Assembly (NCBI GenBank): GCA_945860355.1
Contig: CAMARB010000001.1
Coordinates: 459-64,458 of the forward strand
Source: Chthoniobacter flavus
Lineage (GTDB): Bacteria; Verrucomicrobiota; Verrucomicrobiia; Chthoniobacterales; Chthoniobacteraceae
Direction of reading: 5' to 3'
DNA length: 64,000 bases
The stretch's first letter is position 1. Each line of letters begins with the position of its first letter. This document shows, piece by piece, positions 36,274 to 44,631 of this stretch. Position numbers and translations under genes: made by a program. The notes below the pieces were generated by a model. It was given only the letters and a program-made list of their open reading frames with translations. It searched no databases and had not been told where the DNA came from.

Positions 36274-38787
36274 GTGGACGGTCGTGCGTGGCCGCCTTTT
36301 GATTCTGTGAGAACTTCCGTGAGAACCTTAGAACCCAGCTCCAGCGCGGTCGTTGAACCGCTGTTCCCCGAGTTTTTGCCCGGCCAAAACCTGCCGGGCA
36401 CAACCTACGAACTGGAGCGTTGTTTGGGGTTCTCGGGTCAGCAGCTCGTCTGGAACGCGTTTCACGGGGCGTTGTCCCAGGCGGTTGCACTCCATTTTGT
36501 GCCCAGTGCCTTGCTCAAAGACGGCGGCGCCCTCAAAACATTGCGTCAGGAGGTGGGGCGGCAGCGCAGGCTCATTCACCCCCGTATCCCGCGGGTGTTC
36601 GATCTGGTGGAGGGGCCGGACTGGCTGGCGATCTCTGTGGACCGCGTGGAAGGTCGCTCTCTGGCGAGTTTGTTGGCGGAGCGCAGCTCGGGCCGTTTCG
36701 AGCCGTCTGAGATTGAGCCGTTGTTTTTCGAACTCGCAAAAACGCTTGAAGACGCTCACCGCATCCAGCTCCTGCACCGGGATTTGGATCCGACCCATCT
36801 GTTCATCGAGCCCGGCGGGCAATTGATGGTGACCCATTTCGGAATCAGCCGTTGTATCGAGGACGCGTTGAACCGGGCGGGGTTGGCGGGCGGGGACTCC
36901 GGGAAACTCGCGATGCGCAGTCCTCAGCAGCTCGTGGAGGGGGCCGCCGGCTCTCTGAGCGACGATATCTACTCCTTTGGCGCACTCTTCCACGCTTTGC
37001 TCGCGGGTGGGCCCCCGTTTTCTGGAAAAGATCTCGGCTCGCAAATCCGCGAGTCCCTGCCTCGCAGCCTCTCCTCGCGCCGTGCAGAGCGGTCCGGCTC
37101 GGCCCAGTCCGTCCCCGAGGTGTGGGAGAAAATTGCGGCGGCATGCCTTGAGAAAAACCCCGGGTTGCGCCCCGCAAACATGGGCGAGGTGCTGGAGTGG
37201 CTGGCGCAGGGACCGCAGCGGAACGGAGAGGGGAGTTTGGCCGCGCTCCTGGGCAGAGGGGGGCGTTCGGAGACTTTCGTGTCGGGCCAGGTCACTGAGC
37301 CGCGCTCCGGGGCATCGGAGGCTTCGGCTCCGACGGGGTCTCCGGCGCAGGCATTGTCCGCTCCGATTGGCTCGGGTGCCCGGCCCCGGAAGCTTTCCCT
37401 GCCGTGGGTTGCGGCCGTGGGTGCCGGGATGTTGGGGGGGATCGGAGTGTGCGCCTATTATCTCTCGGGTTCGGACGGTTCCGCCCGCAAATCGACAGCG
37501 CCGAGTCCTGGGGCGGAACGGGTGTTGCCAGTGGCGTCGCGTGATACGTCGGAGGAACTTGAAACGAAGCCTGAGAAAACGGGCGCGGCCAAACCGAGTC
37601 CCGCGCTGAGGGTCCGCGCCGAGGACCCGCAGCGGATGGAGTGGGACGAGGCTGCGTTGCGCCTCGAAAAAGAGGAGGCGTTGCGGGTTTATTCCCAGGA
37701 AAAAGCCCTTTTTCAGAAGTTAGCCGCGCCGCCCAAACCCGCGCCGGAGGCCGTGCGGGTTGTCGCCGGCGACGTAAAGAGCGCTCCGGAGTCCCCCGCA
37801 AAAAACCCTGCTGCCATCCCGCCTCGCCCTCCCGAGACACGCGAGGATTTAGTGGCGGCGATCGAGGAAACGCGCCGCGCTTTTGCGGAGCGAATGAAGC
37901 TTTTGGAGGGTCGGCTCAATTCCATTGCGGAGATCCGGAATGCCGCGCCTCCGGTTGCCGCCGCGCAGCCAAAGAGTGAACCGGCCCCGGCGGTCAGTGC
38001 GCCGCAACCGCCGCCTGCGCCGCCCGCTGAGAAAAGCAGCCGCGAGTTTGTCAACAGCCTCGGGATGAAGTTCGTGCCGGTGGGCAGGCTGCGTTTCAGC
38101 GTGTGGGTGACGCGGGTGAGTGACTTTGAGGCGTTTGCTCAGGCAACCGCCTTGCGCACCAAGCGCTGGAAAGAGCCGGGGTTCGACCAAGGGGGGGATC
38201 ATCCGGTGGTGAATGTGACCTGGCTGGAGGCGGAAAACTTTTGCAAGTGGCTCACCGAAAAAGAACGCCGCGAAGGGGTGCTCGCGCCCAACCAAATCTA
38301 CCGCCTGCCGACGGATTCGGAGTGGAGCCAGGCCGCCGGATTGCCCTTGGAACCGGGCAAAACCCCCAAAGCGCGGGATCGTTCGGTGCCGGGCGTGTAT
38401 CCCTGGGGGGCGACGTGGCCGCCGCCTGCGGATGCGGGCAATTACGCGGCGACGGACGCCAGCCTGAGCGGGGCCGACCGGGCGATTGACGATGGGTTTG
38501 CAAACACGTCGCCGGTGGGCCGCTTCGCTCCCAACGCCGCGGGCCTTTACGACATGGGGGGCAACGTCTGGCAGTGGTGCGATGACATCTGGGATAAGGA
38601 GCCGAAGGTCAAGGTGCTCCGGGGCGGCTCCTGGGAGAGTGTCATGATGCCCGCCGGATTGCTCGCCTCTGCGCGAGCCCGCGGCATCTTCGACTCTGCC
38701 ACGGACCATTACGGGTTCCGTTGCGTGCTCGCCGAGCTGAAGGTCTCCAAAGCCGCACCGGCGGCGCCTGTGAAAAACCGCCGTTAA
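36274..38787 (+). CDS. Kinase-like domain (degenerate active site) + TM helix + Pro/Ala-rich linker + FGE-sulfatase (SUMF1-like) domain protein
   Basis: Kinase fold with HRDLDPTH and HFG (not DFG), and VALHF in place of VAIK. TM helix LPWVAAVGAGMLGGIGVCAYYL. C-terminal FGE-like motifs HPVVNVTWLEAENFCKWL, RLPTDSEW, YPWG, GLYDMGGNVWQWC, LRGGSW. The exact start is uncertain (several GTG candidates). Confidence 0.85.
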   Translation: MDGRAWPPFDSVRTSVRTLEPSSSAVVEPLFPEFLPGQNLPGTTYELERCLGFSGQQLVWNAFHGALSQAVALHFVPSALLKDGGALKTLRQEVGRQRRLIHPRIPRVFDLVEGPDWLAISVDRVEGRSLASLLAERSSGRFEPSEIEPLFFELAKTLEDAHRIQLLHRDLDPTHLFIEPGGQLMVTHFGISRCIEDALNRAGLAGGDSGKLAMRSPQQLVEGAAGSLSDDIYSFGALFHALLAGGPPFSGKDLGSQIRESLPRSLSSRRAERSGSAQSVPEVWEKIAAACLEKNPGLRPANMGEVLEWLAQGPQRNGEGSLAALLGRGGRSETFVSGQVTEPRSGASEASAPTGSPAQALSAPIGSGARPRKLSLPWVAAVGAGMLGGIGVCAYYLSGSDGSARKSTAPSPGAERVLPVASRDTSEELETKPEKTGAAKPSPALRVRAEDPQRMEWDEAALRLEKEEALRVYSQEKALFQKLAAPPKPAPEAVRVVAGDVKSAPESPAKNPAAIPPRPPETREDLVAAIEETRRAFAERMKLLEGRLNSIAEIRNAAPPVAAAQPKSEPAPAVSAPQPPPAPPAEKSSREFVNSLGMKFVPVGRLRFSVWVTRVSDFEAFAQATALRTKRWKEPGFDQGGDHPVVNVTWLEAENFCKWLTEKERREGVLAPNQIYRLPTDSEWSQAAGLPLEPGKTPKARDRSVPGVYPWGATWPPPADAGNYAATDASLSGADRAIDDGFANTSPVGRFAPNAAGLYDMGGNVWQWCDDIWDKEPKVKVLRGGSWESVMMPAGLLASARARGIFDSATDHYGFRCVLAELKVSKAAPAAPVKNRR

Positions 38788-38895
38788 CCCGCCCCCCACG
38801 GACGCGCGCCCGCGCTGAGGGGCAGTGCGGGGGAGCTTTGCGCGGGTAATTCGCCCTCGACAGGGTCCCGGCGCGCTCGGACACTGCCGGGCTGC

Positions 38896-40758
38896 ATGGA
38901 TTTGCTCGACGAATTGCACCACCGAATTCTCCCAGGCGACGGCGCCATGGGCACGTTGCTTCTGGAACGCGGGGTGCCGCTGGAGCGGTGTTTTGAGGAG
39001 CTCTGCGTCAGCGATTCGGACCGGGTCCGGCAGATCCATGAGGAATACATCGCCGCCGGGGCGCGCGTCATTGAGACCAACAGCTTTGGCGCGAACGCCG
39101 TGCGCCTCTCCGGCTACGGCCTTGAAGCGCGGGTGAGCGAGATCAACTGGTCGGCCGCGCAGTTGGCTCGGGATTGCGCCCGGGAAAAGGGCGTGTATGT
39201 GGCCGGCAGCGTCGGGCCCCTGGGAATCACCGCGGCCCAGGCTCGGGATCGGGGGATCGACCGGGCGGCGGTGTTCAACGAGCAGATGGGGGCGCTTTTG
39301 GACGGCGGCGCGCAGATCATCCTGCTGGAGACTTTCCTGGACTTGGACGAGCTGCTCATCGCCCTCGAGGTCAAACATTCCCTCCACCACTGCCCGGTGA
39401 TTTGTTCGCTCTCCTCCAACGCGGAGGGCCGGTTGCCCGGGGGAATGCCGCTCCTGGATGCGTTTGAGCGGCTGCGTGCCGCGCATGCCGACGTGGTCGG
39501 GGTGAACTGCGTGAACGGCCCCCAAGCCATGGTGCAACTCTTTGAGCGTCTGCCGATGGAGGGGCTCGTTTCGGCTTACCCCAACGCCGGTTATCCCCAA
39601 TACCACGAGGGGCGGTTCCTTTACTTCAGCAACCCGGACTACTTCGCCAAAGCGGCCGTGGCATTGGCCCGGAATGGAGCGGGGCTCATCGGAGGCTGCT
39701 GCGGCACCGGCCCTCGCCACATCGCGGCGGTTGCCGAGGCGCTCAAGACCTGCGAACCCCGGTCCACGATCGTGCAGGTGACGGGGCTCAAGCCTTCCGA
39801 GAGCGGGGTTGAGTCCGCGTCCCCTACATCCCCTACATCCCCTACATCCCCTACCTCCCCTGCGCCCGAGCCCAGCCTGCTCGATTTACTTGAAGCGGGG
39901 CGGACGGTGATTGTCACCGAGCTGGACCCGCCCAAAACCCTGGATCTCACCAAGTTTTACGAAGGCGCGCAGGCCCTCACCCAAGCCGGGAGCGACGCCA
40001 TCACGTTGGCGGACAATTCGCTGGCGATCCTGCGGGTGAGCAACCTGGCGGTGGGTGCCGTGTTGCGGGAACGTTACGGGATCCGCCCGTTGCTGCACGT
40101 CAGTTGCCGGGATCGCAATGTGATTGGTTTGCAGAGCGAGCTGATGGGGATGCATGCGCTGGGGATCTCGCATGTGCTGCCGTTGACGGGGGACCCGGCC
40201 AAGGTCGGGGATCATCCCGGCGCGAAATCCGTTTACGATGTGACCTCGGTGGAGCTGCTTTCCATCATCGGGCAGCTCAACGCCGGGCTCAACGCCTCGG
40301 GCAAATCCATCCAGCGCGGCGCGCAACTCGTCGCGGGCTGCACGTTTAACCCCAATGCGCGGAACCTCGACGCGCAGGTCCAGCGCTTGGAGCGCAAGAT
40401 CGCGGCCGGAGCCCGGTATGTGATGACCCAGCCCGTGTTTGATGTGCGTTTGGTCGAGGAAACCGCCCGGCGCACCCGCGGCCTCGGGGTACCGGTGTTT
40501 GTGGGAGTGTGGCCCCTGCTCAACGGACGGCAGTCGGAGTTCCTGCACAATGAAGTGCCTGGAATCGTCATCCCGGAGCCTGTGCGCGAGTTCATGCGCG
40601 GAAGTGAAGGCGTCGAAGGGCGCGAGAAAGGACTCCAGATCGCCAAGGACGTGTGTCGCTCGGTTCTGGAGCATTTCCCGGGGGTTTATCTCATCACGCC
40701 GTTCCTGGCTTACTCGACCACCGTGGAGCTGACCCATTTTGTGAGAGCCGGGGCATGA
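38896..40758 (+). CDS. Bifunctional homocysteine S-methyltransferase domain / 5,10-methylenetetrahydrofolate reductase
   Basis: N-terminal Hcy-binding domain (LPGDGAMGTLL, IETNSFGAN, GGCCGTGPRHI). SPTSPTSPTSPTSP linker. C-terminal MTHFR fold (VTELDPPK, HVSCRDRN, VLPLTGDP, MTQPVFD). Confidence 0.9.
   Translation: MDLLDELHHRILPGDGAMGTLLLERGVPLERCFEELCVSDSDRVRQIHEEYIAAGARVIETNSFGANAVRLSGYGLEARVSEINWSAAQLARDCAREKGVYVAGSVGPLGITAAQARDRGIDRAAVFNEQMGALLDGGAQIILLETFLDLDELLIALEVKHSLHHCPVICSLSSNAEGRLPGGMPLLDAFERLRAAHADVVGVNCVNGPQAMVQLFERLPMEGLVSAYPNAGYPQYHEGRFLYFSNPDYFAKAAVALARNGAGLIGGCCGTGPRHIAAVAEALKTCEPRSTIVQVTGLKPSESGVESASPTSPTSPTSPTSPAPEPSLLDLLEAGRTVIVTELDPPKTLDLTKFYEGAQALTQAGSDAITLADNSLAILRVSNLAVGAVLRERYGIRPLLHVSCRDRNVIGLQSELMGMHALGISHVLPLTGDPAKVGDHPGAKSVYDVTSVELLSIIGQLNAGLNASGKSIQRGAQLVAGCTFNPNARNLDAQVQRLERKIAAGARYVMTQPVFDVRLVEETARRTRGLGVPVFVGVWPLLNGRQSEFLHNEVPGIVIPEPVREFMRGSEGVEGREKGLQIAKDVCRSVLEHFPGVYLITPFLAYSTTVELTHFVRAGA
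39821..39856 (+). repeat. In-frame 9-bp tandem repeat (CCCCTACAT x3 + CCCCTACCT) encoding the (SPT)n interdomain linker
   Basis: Read directly from the sequence. Confidence 0.9.
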
Positions 40759-41516
40759 GCCCGGGCCGTTGGCGGTTTTGTTTGAAGGCCGCGGGACTGC
40801 TTCTGGCGGCGGGGCTCGCACTGTGGGGGCTGCGGCAGTTCCCGGTGGAGCACTGGCTGGATACCATCCAGCGGGATTTGGCGGGCATGGCGTGGGGGGG
40901 CGCGGCGCTTTATCCCGCGGTGTTTGCCGCCTGCAACATTCTGCTCCTGCCCGGGGGCGTGCTGGCCATTGGAAGCGGCCTCTTTTACGGGCTGTGGTGG
41001 GGGTTCCTGCTCAATCTGCTGGGCTCCGTGGCCGGGGCGGCCGTGGCTTTCGGCATCGCCCGGACCGTGGGCAGGCGGTGGGTGGAGAACAGGCTGCTGC
41101 TTTCCCCCAGATGGAAAGCGCTGGACGCGGCGCTCGCCCGGGAGGGGGGCAAAATCGTCTTTCTCAGCCAGGTGCATCCGTTGTTCCCGAGCAGCCTTTT
41201 AAATTACCTCTACGGCGTCACCCGGATCCCTTTTGGGACCTGCATGCTGTGGATCGCCCTGGGGCAGGCGCCGGGGTTGTTTCTTTACGCGTATCTGGGG
41301 ACGTTCACCCGGTGGGGGGTGGACGTTTGGCGCGGGAACACGTCCCTGTTGCCTGGCGAGTCCGCCAGCGCGATTGCCGGGTTGCTCTTCACGGTGCTGG
41401 TGACTTGGGCGTTTGGCCGCAGGGCGCTGCGGTTGTTGGCCGATCTGCCGCGGGAGCCTGTGCCGGGCCCGGGGGCGGCTTTTCCCGGGCCGACTCCGGG
41501 ATCTTCGGCTCATTGA
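40755..41516 (+). CDS. TVP38/TMEM64 (DedA/SNARE-associated) family membrane protein
   Basis: ATG 40755 overlaps the upstream stop (ATGA). LLLPGGVLAIGSGLFYGLWWGFLLNLLGSVAGAAVAFGIARTVGRRWV is the family core motif. Confidence 0.85.
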   Translation: MSPGRWRFCLKAAGLLLAAGLALWGLRQFPVEHWLDTIQRDLAGMAWGGAALYPAVFAACNILLLPGGVLAIGSGLFYGLWWGFLLNLLGSVAGAAVAFGIARTVGRRWVENRLLLSPRWKALDAALAREGGKIVFLSQVHPLFPSSLLNYLYGVTRIPFGTCMLWIALGQAPGLFLYAYLGTFTRWGVDVWRGNTSLLPGESASAIAGLLFTVLVTWAFGRRALRLLADLPREPVPGPGAAFPGPTPGSSAH

Positions 41517-41569
41517 TCGCATTTTTTGACACCCTCCCGAGCCGTGCTACTTTTTCCCGCCTTTTAGAT

Positions 41570-41926
41570 ATGTTTGAGACTCAACCCGGCCGCCCCCAAG
41601 CCCTCCGTCGCACCGCCCTGTTTTTGGATTACGGTGCGGATGCACAGTTCTGCGCGGAGGACGGGTTGGAGGTCTCCGAGCGGGGGATGTGTTTCACTGC
41701 CCGGTGGCGGTTTGAGATCGGCACACAGCTTTCCCTGGCGTGTGTCCATCAGCACCCGGTTCTGGGGCCGAAACGTCTCCAAATCGAAGGGGTGGTCGTC
41801 GGGTGCCAGCCGAAATCGGATTTCGGGGAAAGGGATTTCGAGACCACGGTTTTTTTCCCCGAACTCTCCGAGGAAACCCGGGAGTCGCTCCGGGAGTTTC
41901 CCTTCCAAGTCGCGGCTCTTTTTTAA
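41570..41926 (+). CDS. Small hypothetical protein, PilZ-like fold with degenerate c-di-GMP motifs
   Basis: ATG 41570 lies within the mostly spurious ORF 40769-41926. The 118-aa product has LRRTALF...LEVSERGMCF, resembling RxxxR...(D/N)xSxxG but lacking key residues. Coding-like composition is the only other support. Confidence 0.5.
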   Translation: MFETQPGRPQALRRTALFLDYGADAQFCAEDGLEVSERGMCFTARWRFEIGTQLSLACVHQHPVLGPKRLQIEGVVVGCQPKSDFGERDFETTVFFPELSEETRESLREFPFQVAALF

Positions 41927-42495
41927 GCCGGACCCGCGATTTGCGGAGAAAGATCCTCTTCACGCGGAGACGCGGAGAACGCGGAGGAATTTTTTTGGAA
42001 GGGACTGAACACCAACCCCCCTTCGCGGGCTGGAGGGGGAAGCTGGCTAGGAACCCGCCATTTTGATTGAGCGAGTGCAAAAGGTCGGCACTACAAGACT
42101 GCTTAAACCGAAGGGGTTAGGAAAGCGGGCTTCCTCCTGATGAAAGTGCTTTTCTCGCGGGCTTCGCCTCAGGCTTCCTGCGTGGCAACGGCAAGTGCTT
42201 CACGCTCGGCACATCCAAGGCGCGGAGCGCACAAAGAGCTTTTTGGAATTCAGGCAGCGCCCGTTTTATTTTGATTACCTCATCCACCGGGTTGGATTCC
42301 AGGGGGCCGTTGGCCCGCAGACGACAGCGCTCGGGTGGAGCGCCCATCGTGTGGGTGCCTCGCGTTTTTTTAAGCATAAAAACCGAGGCGCGAGCGCAAT
42401 GCCTGCGAGTAAAGACGCGCGACGCCTGGACGTTCCTTCATTTTAAAAAGCCCTCCGCGCCCCCCGCGGCTCCGCGTGAACTTCGGCTTTTGAGT

Positions 42496-44589
42496 TTAAA
42501 ACGTGGAGCGCACCCCAAGTGTCCATGCCCGGGGACCGGTGATGCCGATCGTGCCGTCCGGATCGCGCCGGGCCTGGATCTCGGCGTTGAAGAGGTTTTC
42601 CACGGCGACAAAAACCTCGCAGCTCTTGCCCAGACTCCGGGTCACCTGGGCGTCGATCGACAGGGCGTTGGCGAGTCGGCGCTGGTTGAGGTCGTCGTCG
42701 AACTGGCTGGTTGTGTGTCGGGCGCCCAAGTTCCAGCGGCAACCCAGATTTTCCCCGCGCAGATTCACCCGAATTTGGTTCTCCGGGAATTGGGCAAGGG
42801 CGAGACCTTCGAGCCCGGGTTGGATCCGCGCTTTGCGGATGCGGGACTGGGCGTGGAGCCAGCGCATTTCAAGCCGCATCGCGCCGGGAAGGGTGACATC
42901 CGCCCCGAGCTCGACCCCTTGGATTCGGACCACGTCGAGGTTCTCCCTCCGGGCGCCCACGCCGCCGGGCGGGAGCGCTCCCCAGTCTGGAAAAACCCCC
43001 GGACCGCGGACTTGGGAGACATTGGCCACGGCATCGTGAAGCTCATTGAGGAAGGCCCGGGCCCGGAGAGTGAGCCGGGGATCGGCTTGCCAGCCAAAGG
43101 CGGCTTCCGCGCCGAGAAGGGTTTCCCTGCGCAGGGCGGGATTGGCGAGGGTGACGGTGTTGCCGAGACGAAACGGGCGGTAGAGTTCGTTGAGGGTGGG
43201 GTTGCGGTGGGAGGAGAAAAAAGAGGTTTCGGTTTCCAACTTCGGCAGTGGCGTCCAGCGGGCGGCCAGCCCGAGGTCGATCGGGACACTCTGGCGAGTC
43301 GGGTAGTCCTCCTCTTTCAGAAGCCGGCCCGTGGCGAGATCCCGCTCGCGCAGCCGCCCCTCGGTCTCGCGGTGGAGTTCGGCCCGGATGCTGGGCGTGA
43401 GAGTGAACCCCGGCGCGAGGCTCCACGTGTCGGCCAGTGAAATCCCGGCATCCATCTGGTTGCCACCGGCTTCCCGTTCCCGGGTAAACCCCGCGCCGAG
43501 GTTTCTGAAGCGTTCGTGGGTGACGCCTTCGGTGAAGCGCAGGTCCGATCCGAGGGCGAGTCGGTGGGTTTCGCCCAGGGGAATCCGGATGGCCTGCAGG
43601 AATCCGGAGGAAAGGCTTGGGACCGAGAACTGATCGAGCGAGAGGGTTTCGCGGGTCCGGTCTTGGGAAACGCTGGTGAAGGTGCTGGAGAAATTGCGGC
43701 GTTGATGGAAGAGCGTCCAGGAGCCGCTCCATTCGCCGGGCGCGCCCCGGTTTTCGAGGCGGATCGCGAAGTCGATGGCGTCACTCTGGTTTGTGGCGAG
43801 AGGAGTGCCGTTGCCTCGCTGTTCTTTCCACCCCAACGTGCGCAGGGTGAGCCCCCAGTGGTCGTCCGGTGAGAGGCGCAGACGGATGCCCGCGTCAAAA
43901 CTCTGGCTCCGGCTCGTGGCAGGGGTGTCGACCGGGCCGCGCTGGTCGCGCCGAATGACGCGGTAGCCGCCGAAATCGAGGCTGTGTGCCGCTCCAAATA
44001 AACGGATTTTTCCCTGGTCCACGTCCTGCGCGAACCCGGCCGAGAACTCGTGTTCGAGCCGGTCGCCGGCAGCGGCTTCCAGCGTTGCGAAGGGAGAGTC
44101 GTTCAGGGCGCGTGAGTCGAGGGCGATGGTCCCGCAGAGCATGCCCGGACCCGGGAAATCGGCTCTTCCGTTGGGAGTGACGCTGACCCGGGAGAGTTGG
44201 GCCGCGGGAAAGCGGCTCCAGGGAATCCAGCCCCCGAACGGGTCGTTCATGGGCACGCCGTCGAGTAACACCACGGAGCGGCTCGCGCCATTGGGGCCGG
44301 TGTTCCCTAGGCTCACCCCCTGGGAGGTGGGATGGGCGGTCAGGCTGTCAGACCTCCGAAACAGGCTGAACCCCGGCACTTGGCGCAGGATTCCATCCAA
44401 TGAACGCTGCGGGGCGTCCCGGAGCGTCTCCCGATTGAGGATCTGGGTGCGCAGCGGGGGCGGGCCGTTCGCCGTGACGAACGTTTCAGCCAGCGCGGCG
44501 GCGGGTTCCTCGGCAAAGGCGGAGGTGGCGCCTAGGACAGCGGCGCTCAGCAGCAGCAGGGAGCGGACACGGGCTTGGGCGCGGTTCAT
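42496..44589 (-). CDS. TonB-dependent outer-membrane receptor
   Basis: Signal peptide, plug motifs (DAPQRSLDGILRQVPGFSL, VLLDGVPMNDPFGG), a long beta-barrel and a terminal aromatic residue (..GVRSTF). Confidence 0.9.
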   Translation of the reverse strand: MNRAQARVRSLLLLSAAVLGATSAFAEEPAAALAETFVTANGPPPLRTQILNRETLRDAPQRSLDGILRQVPGFSLFRRSDSLTAHPTSQGVSLGNTGPNGASRSVVLLDGVPMNDPFGGWIPWSRFPAAQLSRVSVTPNGRADFPGPGMLCGTIALDSRALNDSPFATLEAAAGDRLEHEFSAGFAQDVDQGKIRLFGAAHSLDFGGYRVIRRDQRGPVDTPATSRSQSFDAGIRLRLSPDDHWGLTLRTLGWKEQRGNGTPLATNQSDAIDFAIRLENRGAPGEWSGSWTLFHQRRNFSSTFTSVSQDRTRETLSLDQFSVPSLSSGFLQAIRIPLGETHRLALGSDLRFTEGVTHERFRNLGAGFTREREAGGNQMDAGISLADTWSLAPGFTLTPSIRAELHRETEGRLRERDLATGRLLKEEDYPTRQSVPIDLGLAARWTPLPKLETETSFFSSHRNPTLNELYRPFRLGNTVTLANPALRRETLLGAEAAFGWQADPRLTLRARAFLNELHDAVANVSQVRGPGVFPDWGALPPGGVGARRENLDVVRIQGVELGADVTLPGAMRLEMRWLHAQSRIRKARIQPGLEGLALAQFPENQIRVNLRGENLGCRWNLGARHTTSQFDDDLNQRRLANALSIDAQVTRSLGKSCEVFVAVENLFNAEIQARRDPDGTIGITGPRAWTLGVRSTF

Positions 44590-44631
44590 CGGGGGAGAGA
44601 GCCGGTGGGGGGTGTAACTGCGCCGAAGGGT

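Noticed and set aside
42117-42377. 86-aa minus-strand ORF, and 83-aa plus-strand ORF 42195-42446, in the non-coding gap.
   Set aside because: There are no recognisable motifs, atypical composition, and no RBS or start context. They are treated as non-coding or at best a decayed remnant.
44590-44631. A riboswitch (for example cobalamin) upstream of the TonB-dependent receptor.
   Set aside because: Only 42 nt separate the receptor start from the upstream PQQ dehydrogenase stop, which is too short for a riboswitch. The genes appear to be co-transcribed.
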